Positions 37,004 to 51,490 are shown, numbered from the whole stretch's first letter. The stretch is 63,824 nucleotides of DNA, filler included, from Octopus bimaculoides (GCF_001194135.2; 5 parts of 5 records of this genome joined end to end with filler, not necessarily neighbours in it), one strand, 5' to 3'. The notes: generated from the sequence alone by a model not told the origin. A program made the numbers and translations.

Positions 37004-37252
37004 TACAAAATTAAGAGGAATGACCACTAAAGTGGACACCTAATATGCTAAACATAGACGTCAAATCACCATTACCACGAAGAGTGTGTTTTCAAGAAAA
37101 ATCTCAACAAAACATTTGTCTTGCTCATTTTTATATTTTGGCGTTTTGCTGAAATTTTTCTTGAGAACACACTCTTCATGGTAATGGCTATTTGACTTTT
37201 ATGTTTAGCATATTAGGTGTCCACTTTAATGGTCATTCCTCTTAATTTTGTA
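37004..37252. mobile_element. Fold-back MITE, ~110-bp arms, TA-flanked
   Basis: TACAAAATTAAGAGGAATGACC..GGACACCTAATATGCTAAACAT is mirrored at 37143-37252. Confidence 0.9.
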
Positions 37253-37739
37253 TATATATATATATATGTGACATATTCATATACATGTACCATTAAATGT
37301 ATAACTGAGAAATAAAGTATGCAATGCAACCAAGTAGATTATTGATACGTTTTCAGTTAAAGCTGTCGTACTAACGTATTGAAGAAAATTTACTAAATGA
37401 TAATATATTTTCGGATTTGTGTATTCTTGCAGGGCTAATTTGATTGTCAGCAGAGAGAATACCTGAAATAAGATGAAATCACAAGAAACATTGCTTGTGG
37501 CTGCGAAAGTTAACCGTGCATAACAATTGTGCTAATGGATGATTCTGTATGACATGAGGGCATTAATTGTTAACATTTGTTCAATCGCGTAGTTTTAAAT
37601 AAACACTCAAATATTGATATGAATGCATTAAAGCAAATGTGATGATGAATGTAATAAAAGGAAAGAATGCAAATATAATGATGCAAAGAATAGCAACCAA
37701 ATCAAAATAACTCTAAAAGTAGACGCAGTTTTCCTTAAT

Positions 37740-37743
37740 GATG

Positions 37744-37795
<52 letters not shown>

Positions 37796-37809
37796 TGATG
37801 ATGACGACG

Positions 37810-37873
<64 letters not shown>

Positions 37874-37895
37874 TAATAATAATGATGATAATAAT
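37740..37895. repeat. (TAA)n microsatellite with GAT interruptions
   Basis: Direct reading. Confidence 0.97.
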
Positions 37896-38824
37896 TAAAT
37901 AGAAATATTGACTTGTAGATAGAAAGTTAAAGGACCTCGTAGCCAACGTGGACAGGTCAAGAGAAGTGTCATCCTGTGGGCAGGTTAAACTGTCTTAACA
38001 GCAGTTTGTTTTTAGTAGGGACAATTGGTAATACGTTAAAACCCCTTTTTCAATTCGTTGCAATTGAAGGTGAAAATGTTAAATATACGACTATGAGAAC
38101 CAATAATATACGGTATAGTATTTTCGGTGCTTGAACATTTGATTCTGAAATTGACTGTATGTTTTTCTTTCAATCTGAGGCATACTCAAATAGAGAAAAT
38201 TTTTGTCTCGTGTGTTAATATTTGTGCAGGAATAAAGTCGGGAAAAAGCTTTGCGGCATTTCGTTCGACATCACGTTCAAGTTCAAATCCGACAGAGTTT
38301 GACTTTGCATTTCATAAAACAAGTAACAGTTGCACGTTGGGATCACTGTAAGCAACTTACCTGTTTCTTTGAAATTACTGGCCATGTGCCAAAATTTGAA
38401 ACCGATATTTGTGCAGGAACATATGTGCTGCATATATCTAACTCTGAAAATGTTCGTTGCAAGGTCACTATAACAGTTTTCAGCACTGCATATGCAAGTT
38501 CACTTTGCACAGTAAACAAGAGTTTTCAGTTGGAAGGATGGATTTCGTTCACTTTTATCCGTAGAATTTCTGTTATTGATTACGGTCAAAGATATAGTTA
38601 GATGTTGGGTGCAGCTATAACGACCTTTGAAGTTGCTTTGATTGAAGATTTTCTATTAAGGATGATTGCGTATGAAATGCTTGTGTATAAGATATAGGAA
38701 GCTTGCGGTTATATTTATGATAAAACATTTAAAATGAGGAGCGTGGATTGATCCAGATAATGTTTATGTATTATATCTCCTTTCCATTATATTACTGTAT
38801 TACTACGTTACTATGATGATATAT

Positions 38825-38869
<45 letters not shown>

Positions 38870-39424
38870 NNNNNNNNNNNNNNNNNNNNNNNNNNNNNNN
38901 NNNNNNNNNNNNNNNNNNNNNNNNNNNNNNNNNNNNNNNNNNNNNNNNNNNNNNNNNNNNNNNNNNNNNNNNNNNNNNNNNNNNNNNNNNNNNNNNNNNN
39001 NNNNNNNNNNNNNNNNNNNNNNNNNNNNNNNNNNNNNNNNNNNNNNNNNNNNNNNNNNNNNNNNNNNNNNNNNNNNNNNNNNNNNNNNNNNNNNNNNNNN
39101 NNNNNNNNNNNATATATATATAATATATATATATATATGCAAGAATGTTGTTAGGAGTGACTTCGAAGTTTCGGCTACCTAAGATATCGTCGGAGTCCAA
39201 TGCATTACACATAGACGTACCTTTATATAATCTATGTTGAGTTAAAATAATTTTTGTGTGTGTGGTTATGAATGGGGTGATAATTAGGATTTTTTTGACT
39301 GATTGATATTGAAAGGTGTTTTGGAAAGAAATTAATTGATTAAATTTGGGATTATGTTATTGTTTAGACATTGTTTATGCATTTAGAACTTTGCAAACAA
39401 GCCTGGGAGTTATATATTTAAGTA

Positions 39425-40460
39425 CATTATTTACATTATTTACATTCGACGGATATTTGACCTCATCTTGTTTGCTGTTAACACAACGTTTCGGCTGATA
39501 TACCCTCCAGTATGGACACTGATATATATCGACAAGAGGAGGGTTTAGCTATGGCTTCGCCATTATCACCGGTAATAGCCAATATATACATGGAATGCTT
39601 TGAGAATTTGGCTATAGGATCAACACCACTAAAACCAACCCTATGGCTGCGATATGTTGATGACACCTTTATACTCTGACCCCCACCAGGAAGATGTCCA
39701 AATGCTGTTAGATCATGTGAACTCAATAAAGCCATCCATACAGTTCACAATGGAAAAGGAAAAAGACAATCAGCTGGCATTCCTGGACGTATTAATAACA
39801 CGCACCGAGTATGGATTCAGGACATTCGTATACCACAAGCCAACCGTCACTGGACAATACCTCAACTTCAATTCCCACCATCCATACAGTGTAAAGAGAG
39901 GAATTGCTCAGTGCCTAAAACATCGAGCAAAGAATATAAGTAGCGATCGTGATACACACCACGAAGAAATGATCAAGCTCAATCTGTTAAGCAACAACTA
40001 CCCCAAAAGTATTCTATCCACTCCAATTATGAAGAAGAGAGAGGATGATGCCAATAAACTGCCCACAGTCTGTCCACCCTATGTGAAAGGCCTCTCCGAA
40101 AAGATACAAAAGATATGCGGCCCATATGACATCAGGACGGTATTCAAGTGTAATACAACACTTCGCAAATGTCTCCGAGTTAAACCACCAATAGAAGAGA
40201 ATATGACCAAAGACTGCGTGTACTTCATCCCATGCAGTTGCGGTAGGTTATACAAAGGCGAAACATGTCGCCTCGTCAAAATAAGGGTAGACGAACATCG
40301 CAAAGCTGTGACACGAGGAGATATTGATAAATCGGGTATAGCTGATCATGTATAGAAAAATGGAGACCCCCCCATTGGATGAAGTTAAAATAATAGTCAG
40401 AGAACACACTGGAAAATACGAAAACTAAAAGAAGCAGCACATATGCTGGGACACAACAAC
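39425..40460 (+). mobile_element. Penelope-like element (YVDD-type RT + GIY-YIG), 5'-truncated, preceded by an inverted terminal-repeat fragment
   Basis: GLAMASPLSPVIANIYM..RYVDDTF..QFTMEKEKDNQLAFLDV..VYHKPT..HHP..CVYFIPCSCGRLYKGET..RVDEH. Confidence 0.92.
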
Positions 40461-40724
40461 GAAACTTTTAATATTTTGTGATTTATTTGTAAAAGAAGGA
40501 ACATCAGGAAGAAATCTCTTGAGTCAGGTTATATAATTGTTAATATCTCCATTAAGAGAATTAATTTCTACAAACATTTGACCAGGTAGAGTTAATGTTG
40601 TTCCGTACAGAAAAAAGTTCAGTTGGAGAATATTGCAAACTTTCTTTAACAATACTCCTGATATTGACTTTCTTTAGAATAGGTAAGAAGTGTGTACACT
40701 GCATGGATTGTCACTTTGCCTATG

Positions 40725-41408
40725 GTTCAAAGTGATGAACCAAAACAATCATCCTGGCTTGGGAAATGTTCCAGGAAATCAGCTGGAGATGCTTTTAAAG
40801 ATATGAGCTTTCTCTGTGATGTGATCAGCCTGGTGCACTTTTGATTAGTTATCAGAAGACATGGAACCCACATAGCAGAAACCTTCGTCATGCCAAGTTC
40901 AATGTGCAGAATATTCTCAACTTTCTCACAGGATATGCTAATAGCATTGACTATTTGATTTATAGTCAATTGCCTGTCATCAATCAATATGTTGTGAACA
41001 CGGTCACTGTTTTTCTCGGTGGTAGCAGTTGCAGGACTTCCAGACCTCGAATCATCTTCAAGGCTCTCCCTTTCTCTTCTAAATTCAGTTGCCCACTTTT
41101 GCACCGTCGATAAAGCTGGAGCATCATCCCCTAATGTAGCAACCATATCAGCCTGAATGTTTTTGAGAGTTAAAACCTTTTTCTGCAGTTACTTCATTAC
41201 ACGGCTTTGCCAAATTTAGTCCATTTTCAAGAAAGGTCGCTACTAGTTACTTCTGAAATCTTCTTTGAGCTAAATATTAGTTTGGCTGGAAAGAAACAAG
41301 ACAATGGAGTTATTAATTAGTAGTTTTGCAATTAATGTGTGCAAGATTTCATAGCTCTAGTATCAGTCCTTGATATTCATCCTATCAACTTTTCAGCACA
41401 CCTTCGTA
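40725..41408 (-). mobile_element. Mariner transposon 5' portion
   Basis: TA+CGAAGGTGTGCTGAAAAGTT terminus; MVATLGDDAPALSTVQKWATEF..DDSRSG.P..WVPCLL (WVPxxL motif). Confidence 0.88.
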
Positions 41409-41610
<202 letters not shown>

Positions 41611-41749
41611 TGTATGTATAGTATGTAAATATCAGATTATTCGCTTAAACCGACTTGGTGAAAGCTTGCTAACATGAAATGAATTCATATCTGGGACAAT
41701 AATATAAAGAAATGTAATAATGTTTAGTGTCCTTTCATTGTAGTAATCA

Positions 41750-41818
<69 letters not shown>

Positions 41819-42652
41819 ATAGGAATATTTTAGCGTTTTAATGCATATATCCTTTCACTTATTTTATAAATGTATGCATGTCATCATCTATCTATTCATT
41901 TATCTATATTTCTATACTCACACAGTCACACACCCGCAAATATAAAACAACACAAGATAATTTGCATGTACGTATATGAAATTGTGTGTCGATGTGTGTG
42001 TGCTTGTGTGTGTGTTTGTGTTAATGTGTGTGCATCTATAGTATTATTTCCATATTGATATAAATATTTAATGTTAGGATTTGTGATAAAGAGCCTGATG
42101 TAATTGACTATTCCAACAATAACTGAGATATCTATATTTCTAAGCGGAGTTATTCCCGGCGTTGTATGCATTGAATGTCGAGAGGAAATAGCCAAGCGGA
42201 TAAAAGTATTTGACGACCAGATTTACATAAAGTGCATGCATTTCTCTTGGCATCTGGAGGAGGTAGGTGGAAGTAAATAACAGACAAGATGGTAATACGC
42301 TCCGTGCAATTTACGGAATTTCAAATAGAATGGTAATTCGTCTTTAATCTGTTTAACGTAATGTCCCTTCTTTAACACTAGCTGTAAGAGTGCATATGAA
42401 ATGCGTAGCCACTTAGTGATTTGTCATACATTCTCCTATTGCAAGGAATCAATATTTATAATCTAACAGCGATGTATTGGCCGAGTCATTTGAATGTCGC
42501 ATAAACTGTGTTGAAGGTGGTTTCTTTTACCTCATAATAGTTTTTTTCCCTTTTTGCGTTGCTATTTCAAATATCAACAGTACTATGTTTTATCCTTCTG
42601 GGTCGATAAAATAAGTACAAGATGAATACTGGACTGATTTAACCGTCTATAC

Positions 42653-43051
42653 CAGTAGTTCTTAACCCTTTTTTGTTGCGCCCCACTATTTTAAAGTAGT
42701 TGTTATGACTAGCGCCCACCTAAGTGTCGAGTGAGGTATCACGACTAAACTAACTTAACGTGGATGATAATAAATTATGCCCTAAAAGTGGATTGTATAA
42801 GCTTTTAACAGTGAAATTAATAAAGACAAAAGCGGTAAATTCACTTTATACATTGCAAGTTAATGACTCCTCTGTGTCTGAGATCTCATTTTATTTTAAC
42901 ACCCATTATTGATTTTATCATGTATCGTATAATTACCACCATAGGTAAAATTTATTATATTTATGTTACTTAACCACCCCTATAACCTAACGCCCCCTTT
43001 CACCTATCCAGTGGCTCTTGGGGGCAGTACCGCCCATGTTGAGAACCTCTG
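42653..43051. mobile_element. hAT (Charlie-like) MITE inserted beside a SINE C fragment
   Basis: TIRs CAGTAGTTCTTAAC / GTTGAGAACCTCTG; 8-bp TSD GTCTATAC / TTCTATAC. Confidence 0.8.
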
Positions 43052-45204
43052 TTCTATACCAATCTCTGCTTGTGTTACTTGGCTCGTTTTGAGCCTAAAA
43101 TCTCGTTAAGCAACAGGAAAAATACTACGTGGCACACAACTTTACTTTTCATTCTTCTGTGGTCGATGAAATAAACTATTATTCCAGTACTGAGATCCAT
43201 GTAATCGTCTAACTCACCACTTTTTTAACTTGTTAACCTTGTGCCGCAATTAGAAAACAAATATTAATAAAGCTTGGCAGTCTTAAATATGTCCCTTGTG
43301 AGGCAAGACAGTGATTCAGGTTCGATTTTCAGCTCATTCTAATTTATATAATTTCGCTTTTAACATGGTTTGGAATTATATAAGCGTCAAAATAGAATAG
43401 TTCACTACTTCTCTCAAAACAACAACAGCAACAATAACAAAATCCATCCATATTATAAACATTTGCCAAAAGCTGTAGAGAAAAGGGACAATGTTTTGCA
43501 GTATTAATCCTTATTAAATTAGGTTATCTTTTTAACGGATATTAACTTCCTTTATATTGATCCTTACTTTGCTAAATACATTAGTGGTGCAAATTCTATT
43601 TAAGTGTCATTTTAAAATGAAGACCTTTCTACTGAATTAAAATGAAGCCAATTGTAATAAAGCATAGGAACTGCCTTACAGCATCAAGTAAAGACCAAAT
43701 TTTTTGAAATGACATTGGTCACAGGTTCTAACTATTAAATTTCTTTTTCGACGTTATTGCTCTTCATAAAAATGTTTGGCGGATTGGTAGTCACCAATTT
43801 AACGTATGTGTTGTCATTAATTTAATGTGTGTGTAAAGAAAATCCAGGGGGAAAGTTATTTCAAAGTTGTAAGGTGTTCGAATGTAATGCGTTGGAAGAT
43901 AACAATGTCACAATATAACGTGGAAGTGTACATAGAAATAAATGTCAGAAGGTATGTTTTGTTTATAAAGCATAGTAATTTATTTTGGATTGTTGATAAG
44001 TGCTAAGCAAAGCGAGAGTATAAGAATTAATTTCTATCTTTGTGTGTGAATGTTAAAAATATGTAGAGCATTGGAAGAACGAGAGATGTGTAGCGAGACG
44101 TGAATGAATTTTGCATGACTTACTATGTGTTTAAGTTTGGTGCTTATAAGCTGCAGAATGATAATAGATATAAGTGAAACGAGTTGCGTGGCGTTGATAG
44201 TGAACACTGCAAAAAACGCATAGCAGAAAGTGTGATGTTGCCACCAGGGCTGTCAAATGTGCAACTAACTTAACTAGTGTTAAACATAGAAGATGTGTCG
44301 TGTTAATGAAAATGATCTTGCTTTCACGCCTTCAAATCTGAAACTAATTTAGCTCTTTTAAAAAAGGCGCGAATACTGCTGGGAGGAAGTTGCCACATGT
44401 ACCCTTCTGCAGCCAGCTCTAATTGGATGAAGCGGCATAACACGGCAGTGCTATGCCACCACGACAAAATAGTGCTTTCATGGCTCACTACAAATGTATT
44501 CTTTTCTATGACACTGTACGCATGCGCTCTCTCTTTTATACATACATACATACATACCCCACCCCCATCCACCCCCACACACATGCATTTTATATATTCG
44601 GCTTCAATGTCTCTCCACATTCTGAGTTCAAAATTTGTTATGAATTTTATTTATCTCGTCGACAATGATGAAATAATGTAGAGCTAATTTAGCGAATTAT
44701 ACTACGAATTGGGCCTAAATTACAAGTTAAAATCTCTCGAGACTTCATAAACAACTTTGTGAGCAGTAAGAATTGTTTTTTAGTTTTGACTGATAACGCT
44801 TAGATGTACTTAGGGCTTACCTGTCATGCCATCTTTGAGATTAACAAAATAATTTGTAGTTATGTTTATTCTTTTTGTTTTGTTTATAAGTCTGAGGAAG
44901 AAGAGCAGAGCCCATGAGCCCTTTCGTGGCCTCAAGCGTCTGTGGAAGGAAAGGAAGATGTTATTTGCTAACGAAAAACCACAGAGTGAACATATTAAAA
45001 ACATAACAGTTGCGCCGACGGGTTTTTACAGTTTCCACTCCTCTAATTTCATTCACAGGCTATTGATAGGCTCGAAGATATAATATGAGAATAATTGCTC
45101 AAGGAAATAATGGTGGACATCAAAACAAGGTAGTTACGAAACAAAGATCTTAATCACACAGTCATGTCTCTACTTATATTACTTAGACTCAACTGTGGCG
45201 ATTC

Positions 45205-45244
<40 letters not shown>

Positions 45245-46069
45245 NNNNNNNNNNNNNNNNNNNNNNNNNNNNNNNNNNNNNNNNNNNNNNNNNNNNNNNN
45301 NNNNNNNNNNNNNNNNNNNNNNNNNNNNNNNNNNNNNNNNNNNNNNNNNNNNNNNNNNNNNNNNNNNNNNNNNNNNNNNNNNNNNNNNNNNNNNNNNNNN
45401 NNNNNNNNNNNNNNNNNNNNNNNNNNNNNNNNNNNNNNNNNNNNNNNNNNNNNNNNNNNNNNNNNNNNNNNNNNNNNNNNNNNNNNNNNNNNNNNNNNNN
45501 NNNNNNNNNNNNNNNNNNNNNNNNNNNNNNNNNNNNNNNNNNNNNNNNNNNNNNNNNNNNNNNNNNNNNNNNNNNNNNNNNNNNNNNNNNNNNNNNNNNN
45601 NNNNNNNNNNNNNNNNNNNNNNNNNNNNNNNNNNNNNNNNNNNNNNNNNNNNNNNNNNNNNNNNNNNNNNNNNNNNNNNNNNNNNNNNNNNNNNNTAACA
45701 ACAACATCATCTACAGGAAAAAAGGAACGAAGAAGCAACAGCATCTCAAGGCGGAGGCACAGCGGCGGCAGCATCTGAGGCGGAAAAAACCGCCAGCAGG
45801 AAAAGGGATAATATCAGAAACAGCAGCATCAGCAGCAATAACAATAGCCCCCAAAGTACCACTACCAACGTCACCACCAAAATTGATATGAATCTCAACA
45901 GAGAGGACCACCCATGATTTTCCTCAGTCCAGCTCTCTATCCCCCCTCTCTCAAGTACACGCTCACACATAGACACCCACACAAAAACAAGCGCACATCT
46001 ACCCTTATCGGGGACGGACTACAGTAGTAATAGCAGTCGTAATAATAGTGCCGGCAATAACAGAACTGG

Positions 46070-46290
46070 TAATCCTTTCAACTATAGGCACAAGGCCTGA
46101 AATTTGGGGGAGGGGGATAGTCGATTACATCGACCCTAGAGTTTTACTGGTACTTAATTTAACGACCCCCAAAACGATAAAGGGCAAAGTCCACCTTGGT
46201 GGAATTTGAGCTCAGAACGCAGCGGCAGACGAAATACCGGTAAGCATTTCGCTCGGCGTGCTAACCATTCCACCAGCCCGTCACCTTAAT
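46070..46290 (-). mobile_element. SINE family C, CpG-rich copy
   Basis: Reverse complement of the family C core. Confidence 0.8.
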
Positions 46291-46637
46291 CACAGTACTG
46301 ATAATAACAATTAAAAGTGGTAATATCGATAGTAGAGGAAGTAATGATAATATTAATTGATAAACAATAATTAACATGTGACGCAGTGCAACTATCACTA
46401 GGTCGAGCCGTAGGCGACGGAACCGACAACCCCACTAAGCTTGCTTCGCGAGGAGGGTAAAATATTGCTTTTGGAACCCTTCGGGGTGAAAAACTAAACC
46501 CACCCAGACAGGACAGAGGAACTCAGAAGACTCAATGNNNNNNNNNNNNNNNNNNNNNNNNNNNNNNNNNNNNNNNNNNNNTTAATTAATTAANNNNNNN
46601 NNNNNNNNNNNNNNNNNNNNNNNNNNNNNNNNNNNNN

Positions 46638-46675
<38 letters not shown>

Positions 46676-48049
46676 CACGTACATATATATACATACACAC
46701 ACACACACACACACACGCATGCATGCATACAGGCCCATGTCACAGAGACCAAGGGAAATGTTTTCATGAGAGTATGATCTAATCCTTGTTACAAATATAA
46801 TAAAATGAAATGAAAACAAATTAATAAATCCCGTATACACTTAAATTTGCGCTGAACTATTTAGGCGGCATATGCTCTGGTTTGTACAGAAACTTGCCCC
46901 GTCAGCATATTTAATTTTGTTATTAATGATATCAGAGCTACGAAAGCAGAATTAGGTTCACATGAACCAATGTAGCAATGCCGTTTATATCCGCCGTGAA
47001 AATAATTTAATTTCAGTTAGGTCGTTAACAGCTTTCAGTAGCATCTTAGTTTCTTGTTTATAAAACCATCCGTAGATGCTTGGGATTGTGTAGATAGAGT
47101 TCTCATATGACGTACGTTTCGCGTCGGAATAGAACCGCGAAAATCCCTGATGAAGAAAGAAATACCAATTTTAGCTGCACACACAGAGACACACACATAC
47201 ACACACGTACACACACAAACACATACGCACATACACACAGATGCATACATGGTACGAAAATGAATTCCTTATACCATTTTGGAATTAAATTTCCATAATT
47301 GATAAGAGAACCTTAGTGGAATGTGAGCAGAACCAAACTTTAAAAAAAAAAAAAATTAAAAACCAGTACCTAATCACTTTATTGAAAACCCAGCTTGGAA
47401 ATTAAGTTTGGATAACTGCTTAAAATGGCTGGCGTATTTCAAAATCAATATTTAAATAACCTAAAAAATGCACCGTTAAATATATGTCCTTTAGTGCCGT
47501 GATATCTAGAAGCATTGATTTAAAAATAAACGTTCCCAGATTGAGTTTAGTCCGTTTCTATGTAACGTAGCAGCAAATACTTAGAAAGAATACTTCATCA
47601 CTAAAGAAAAGTCAAAACACCATCGATTTTGAAGGGATTTTAGTAAATCCAATTGCACGCGTTACTAAACTGGAACTTTATTTTTGCCGACCACGAAAAT
47701 TTGAGTATAACCGCGTCGTGAACTGTTCGCACGCATCAGCACAAAGCATCCCACCTCACAAATATCCGTCGCATGATTTGTTATGGACACGTCTATGCGA
47801 TCCTTATCCTCACGTAAATCTGCATCAGTATCTGTGTGCACGTGCGTGCATGTGTGCATGTGTGCACGTGTGTATGTGTGCATGTGTGCACGTGTGTGCA
47901 TGTGTGCGTGTGCGTACGCGTGTCTATGTGTTTCGCATATATGGTTATGTGCGTGTACAAGGGCTTGGCAAAACTTCGAAGTCACTCTTTGTAACATACT
48001 TGTTATATATAGGGAGTTATGAATTAGTACTTGTGTGTGTGTGTGTATG

Positions 48050-48360
48050 TGCGGAGGCGCAATGGCCCAGTGGTTAGGGCAGCGGATTTGCGGTCATAGG
48101 ATCGCAGTTTCGATTCCCACACCGGGCGTTGTGAGATTTTATTGAGCAAAAACACCTAAAGCGCCACGAGGTTCCGGCAGGGGATGGAGGCAAACCCTGC
48201 TGTACTCTTCCACCACAACTTTCTCTCATTCTTTCTTCCTCTTTCTGTTGTGCCTGTAATTCAAAGGGTCAGCCTTGTCACACTGTGTCACGCTGAATCT
48301 CCCCGAGAACTACGTTAAGGGTACACGTGTCAGTGGAGTGCTCAGCCACTTGAACGTTAA
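48050..48360 (+). mobile_element. tRNA-derived SINE family A
   Basis: Highly similar to 8089-8535; ends at a gap. Confidence 0.88.
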
Positions 48361-50099
48361 NNNNNNNNNNNNNNNNNNNNNNNNNNNNNNNNNNNNNNNN
48401 NNNNNNNNNNNNNNNNNNNNNNNNNNNNNNNNNNNNNNNNNNNNNNNNNNNNNNNNNNNNNNNNNNNNNNNNNNNNNNNNNNNNNNNNNNNNNNNNNNNN
48501 NNNNNNNNNNNNNNNNNNNNNNNNNNNNNNNNNNNNNNNNNNNNNNNNNNNNNNNNNNNNNNNNNNNNNNNNNNNNNNNNNNNNNNNNNNNNNNNNNNNN
48601 NNNNNNNNNNNNNNNNNNNNNNNNNNNNNNNNNNNNNNNNNNNNNNNNNNNNNNNNNNNNNNNNNNNNNNNNNNNNNNNNNNNNNNNNNNNNNNNNNNNN
48701 NNNNNNNNNNNNNNNNNNNNNNNNNNNNNNNNNNNNNNNNNNNNNNNNNNNNNNNNNNNNNNNNNNNNNNNNNNNNNNNNNNNNNNNNNNNNNNNNNNNN
48801 NNNNNNNNNNNNNNNNNNNNNNNNNNNNNNNNNNNNNNNNNNNNNNNNNNNNNNNNNNNNNNNNNNNNNNNNNNNNNNNNNNNNNNNNNNNNNNNNNNNN
48901 NNNNNNNNNNNNNNNNNNNNNNNNNNNNNNNNNNNNNNNNNNNNNNNNNNNNNNNNNNNATATATGTACATATATATATGATAAACACACAAACGTACGT
49001 ACGTGTGTATATGTTAAGTGCGTGTATGAGTGTATTCCCACGCGCACGCGCTCGTGTGTGTGTGTGTGTGCGTGTGTGTGTGTGTGTGTGCAATCTGCGT
49101 TTGTGTGATTGTCTCTGTGCATGGACATGTGTATTCTTGATTATTTATGCGTGTGATTGTTTATGCATTAATACCGACTCCATATGCACTACCAAATATA
49201 TATATATATATAAAATATAAATATATTCAAATATATAAACATATATGTTTGTGTGTATGTATGTATGTATNNNNNNNNNNNNNNNNNNNNNNNNNNNNNN
49301 NNNNNNNNNNNNNNNNNNNNNNNNNNNNNNNNNNNNNNNNNNNNNNNNNNNNNNNNNNNNNNNNNNNNNNNNNNNNNNNNNNNNNNNNNNNNNNNNNNNN
49401 NNNNNNNNNNNNNNNNNNNNNNNNNNNNNNNNNNNNNNNNNNNNNNNNNNNNNNNNNNNNNNNNNNNNNNNNNNNNNNNNNNNNNNNNNNNNNNNNNNNN
49501 NNNNNNNNNNNNNNNNNNNNNNNNNNNNNNNNNNNNNNNNNNNNNNNNNNNNNNNNNNNNNNNNNNNNNNNNNNNNNNNNNNNNNNNNNNNNNNNNNNNN
49601 NNNNNNNNNNNNNNNNNNNNNNNNNNNNNNNNNNNNNNNNNNNNNNNNNNNNNNNNNNNNNNNNNNNNNNNNNNNNNNNNNNNNNNNNNNNNNNNNNNNN
49701 NNNNNNNNNNNNNNNNNNNNNNNNNNNNNNNNNNNNNNNNNNNNNNNNNNNNNNNNNNNNNNNNNNNNNATATATATATATATATATATATATAAAACAC
49801 TTTTTCTGTATATATCAATCAGTTAAATCATTGATATAACAGCATGACTGTATATACATATATGGATTGAGTTGACGCATGCGCACCTGTTAAAAAGGAT
49901 TAATGTTTGCACGTGTTTATTGATGCCATATATATTTTAACAGATATACCCAGACACGACAGAATTAAATAGACACCCCATAAAACAGCGTTTTATGTTC
50001 ATTCTGACTTGTAAAGGTGTATATATATATATTTTTTATCAATTGACATTTTTATGTTACAGGTTCTATATGTGACTGTTTATTCATGCGATTTACAAA

Positions 50100-50290
50100 A
50101 GAGGCCTTGGAACTGTTTTGAATATTTCAAAGAGGCGAGGTCGTATCGTGGGTCATTCTGAAGGTGGATGCAGTCAACCTAAAATCGCAGATAATCTTAG
50201 GACCCCACTTTCTACAGTTAATGGAGGAATTGTTCAGTTTACCAGAGAGGGGAAAGAAGCCACATCACCTCGCCCGGATCAATCAGGGCC
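50100..50290 (+). mobile_element. Tc1 transposase N-terminal HTH fragment
   Basis: [39 protein letters not shown]...SGPP. Confidence 0.65.
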
Positions 50291-51400
50291 TCCTGGCTGG
50301 ACAAGTGTCATTTTCACGTAATTCACAAATTATGTAGCATTGTCTTCTACACTAGGCGTCTCGAGTCCTTATTTGGGCCTTTAGAGCATTTTAGTATCGT
50401 CGCAGAATTAGCTATGAAATCTTAAAATCTAACACTTTTATAAATTTCTTTGGACGAAATAAAGGCCTTGGTACCGCTAAAAAGAATGCATTTGGCGTAT
50501 TAGGTGACACGGGCTTTGTTGCAGGCTACCAATAAAATGACGGAGCGTTGCAATACGAAAGTCATTGAGATATCTTCCAAACTAACATAACTTGGGTCGA
50601 AACATCATCACCCCTAATACAAAACAGCGTCTATTTTCATCTAAAGTGACTCATTTATTTTTATACTTACTTGTACATAAAGTTCTTTGGACGGAAACTT
50701 TATACGAACTACAGACCAGAGGACGCATATAATGGTTACCTATCGGCACATCCCATTAATATTTTTCATTAATATACATTCGTAACGTTCTAGTTTCTAA
50801 AGTAAATACATGAAGCGGCGATAAGACTGTTTCTAAACATGACTTGTACAAACATAAAACAGATTAGGAAATAACTTACTAATTGATGTTTTAACTTCCA
50901 CTATATTTCAGACAGTGTTCATATTTTAAACGTATTAAAATGTCGGTTACATGCTCTAGTCATTTTTTTTCTCTTCTGAAGCCTGCATTAATTTAAGCAT
51001 TCAGCTCTACTCGATTTCAGGAACCGGATTTATGTAATATTAGCGTATGCAAAAGTATTTATAAAAATATTTCATGATAAACACATTCAGATACACAAAT
51101 ATAAAGAATATGTATAGTGATATAAATATATGAATATAAAAATATATCCCTAAACATTTAACTATGTTTATTTTATTTTATTTATTTATTTATTTTTTTG
51201 CGAATGAAAATAACTTATAGGTATATCAGATAGTTGTATGAAATATATTTACATTAAAGCAGACGTAATTTTAATGTGTGTGTGTGTGTGTGTGTGTGCT
51301 TGTGTTTGCGTTTGAGTGAACCTTTTTCTGAATTTATGAAAAAAAAGAAAATATCATCATCATCATCATCATCATGGCCATCATCACTGCCGTCGTCATC

Positions 51401-51490
51401 ATAATTGCCGTCGTCAGCATAATTGCCGTCGTCAGCATAATTGCCGTCGTCAGCATAATTGCCGTCGTCAGCATAATTGCCGTCGTCATC
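51401..51490. repeat. 18-bp minisatellite (ATAATTGCCGTCGTCAGC) x5 within an ATC tract
   Basis: Direct reading. Confidence 0.95.

Noticed and set aside
46380-46537. CpG-rich stretch possibly a LINE 5' end with an HDV-like ribozyme
   Set aside because: I could not build the nested double pseudoknot by eye; it ends at a gap.
47105-47160. CTGATGA next to a TTTCGCG/CGCGAAA hairpin
   Set aside because: The order and strand of the core elements are incompatible with a hammerhead.
51401-51490. Regular 18-bp repeats considered as a CRISPR-like or coding array
   Set aside because: No spacers; a slippage product within an ATC tract.
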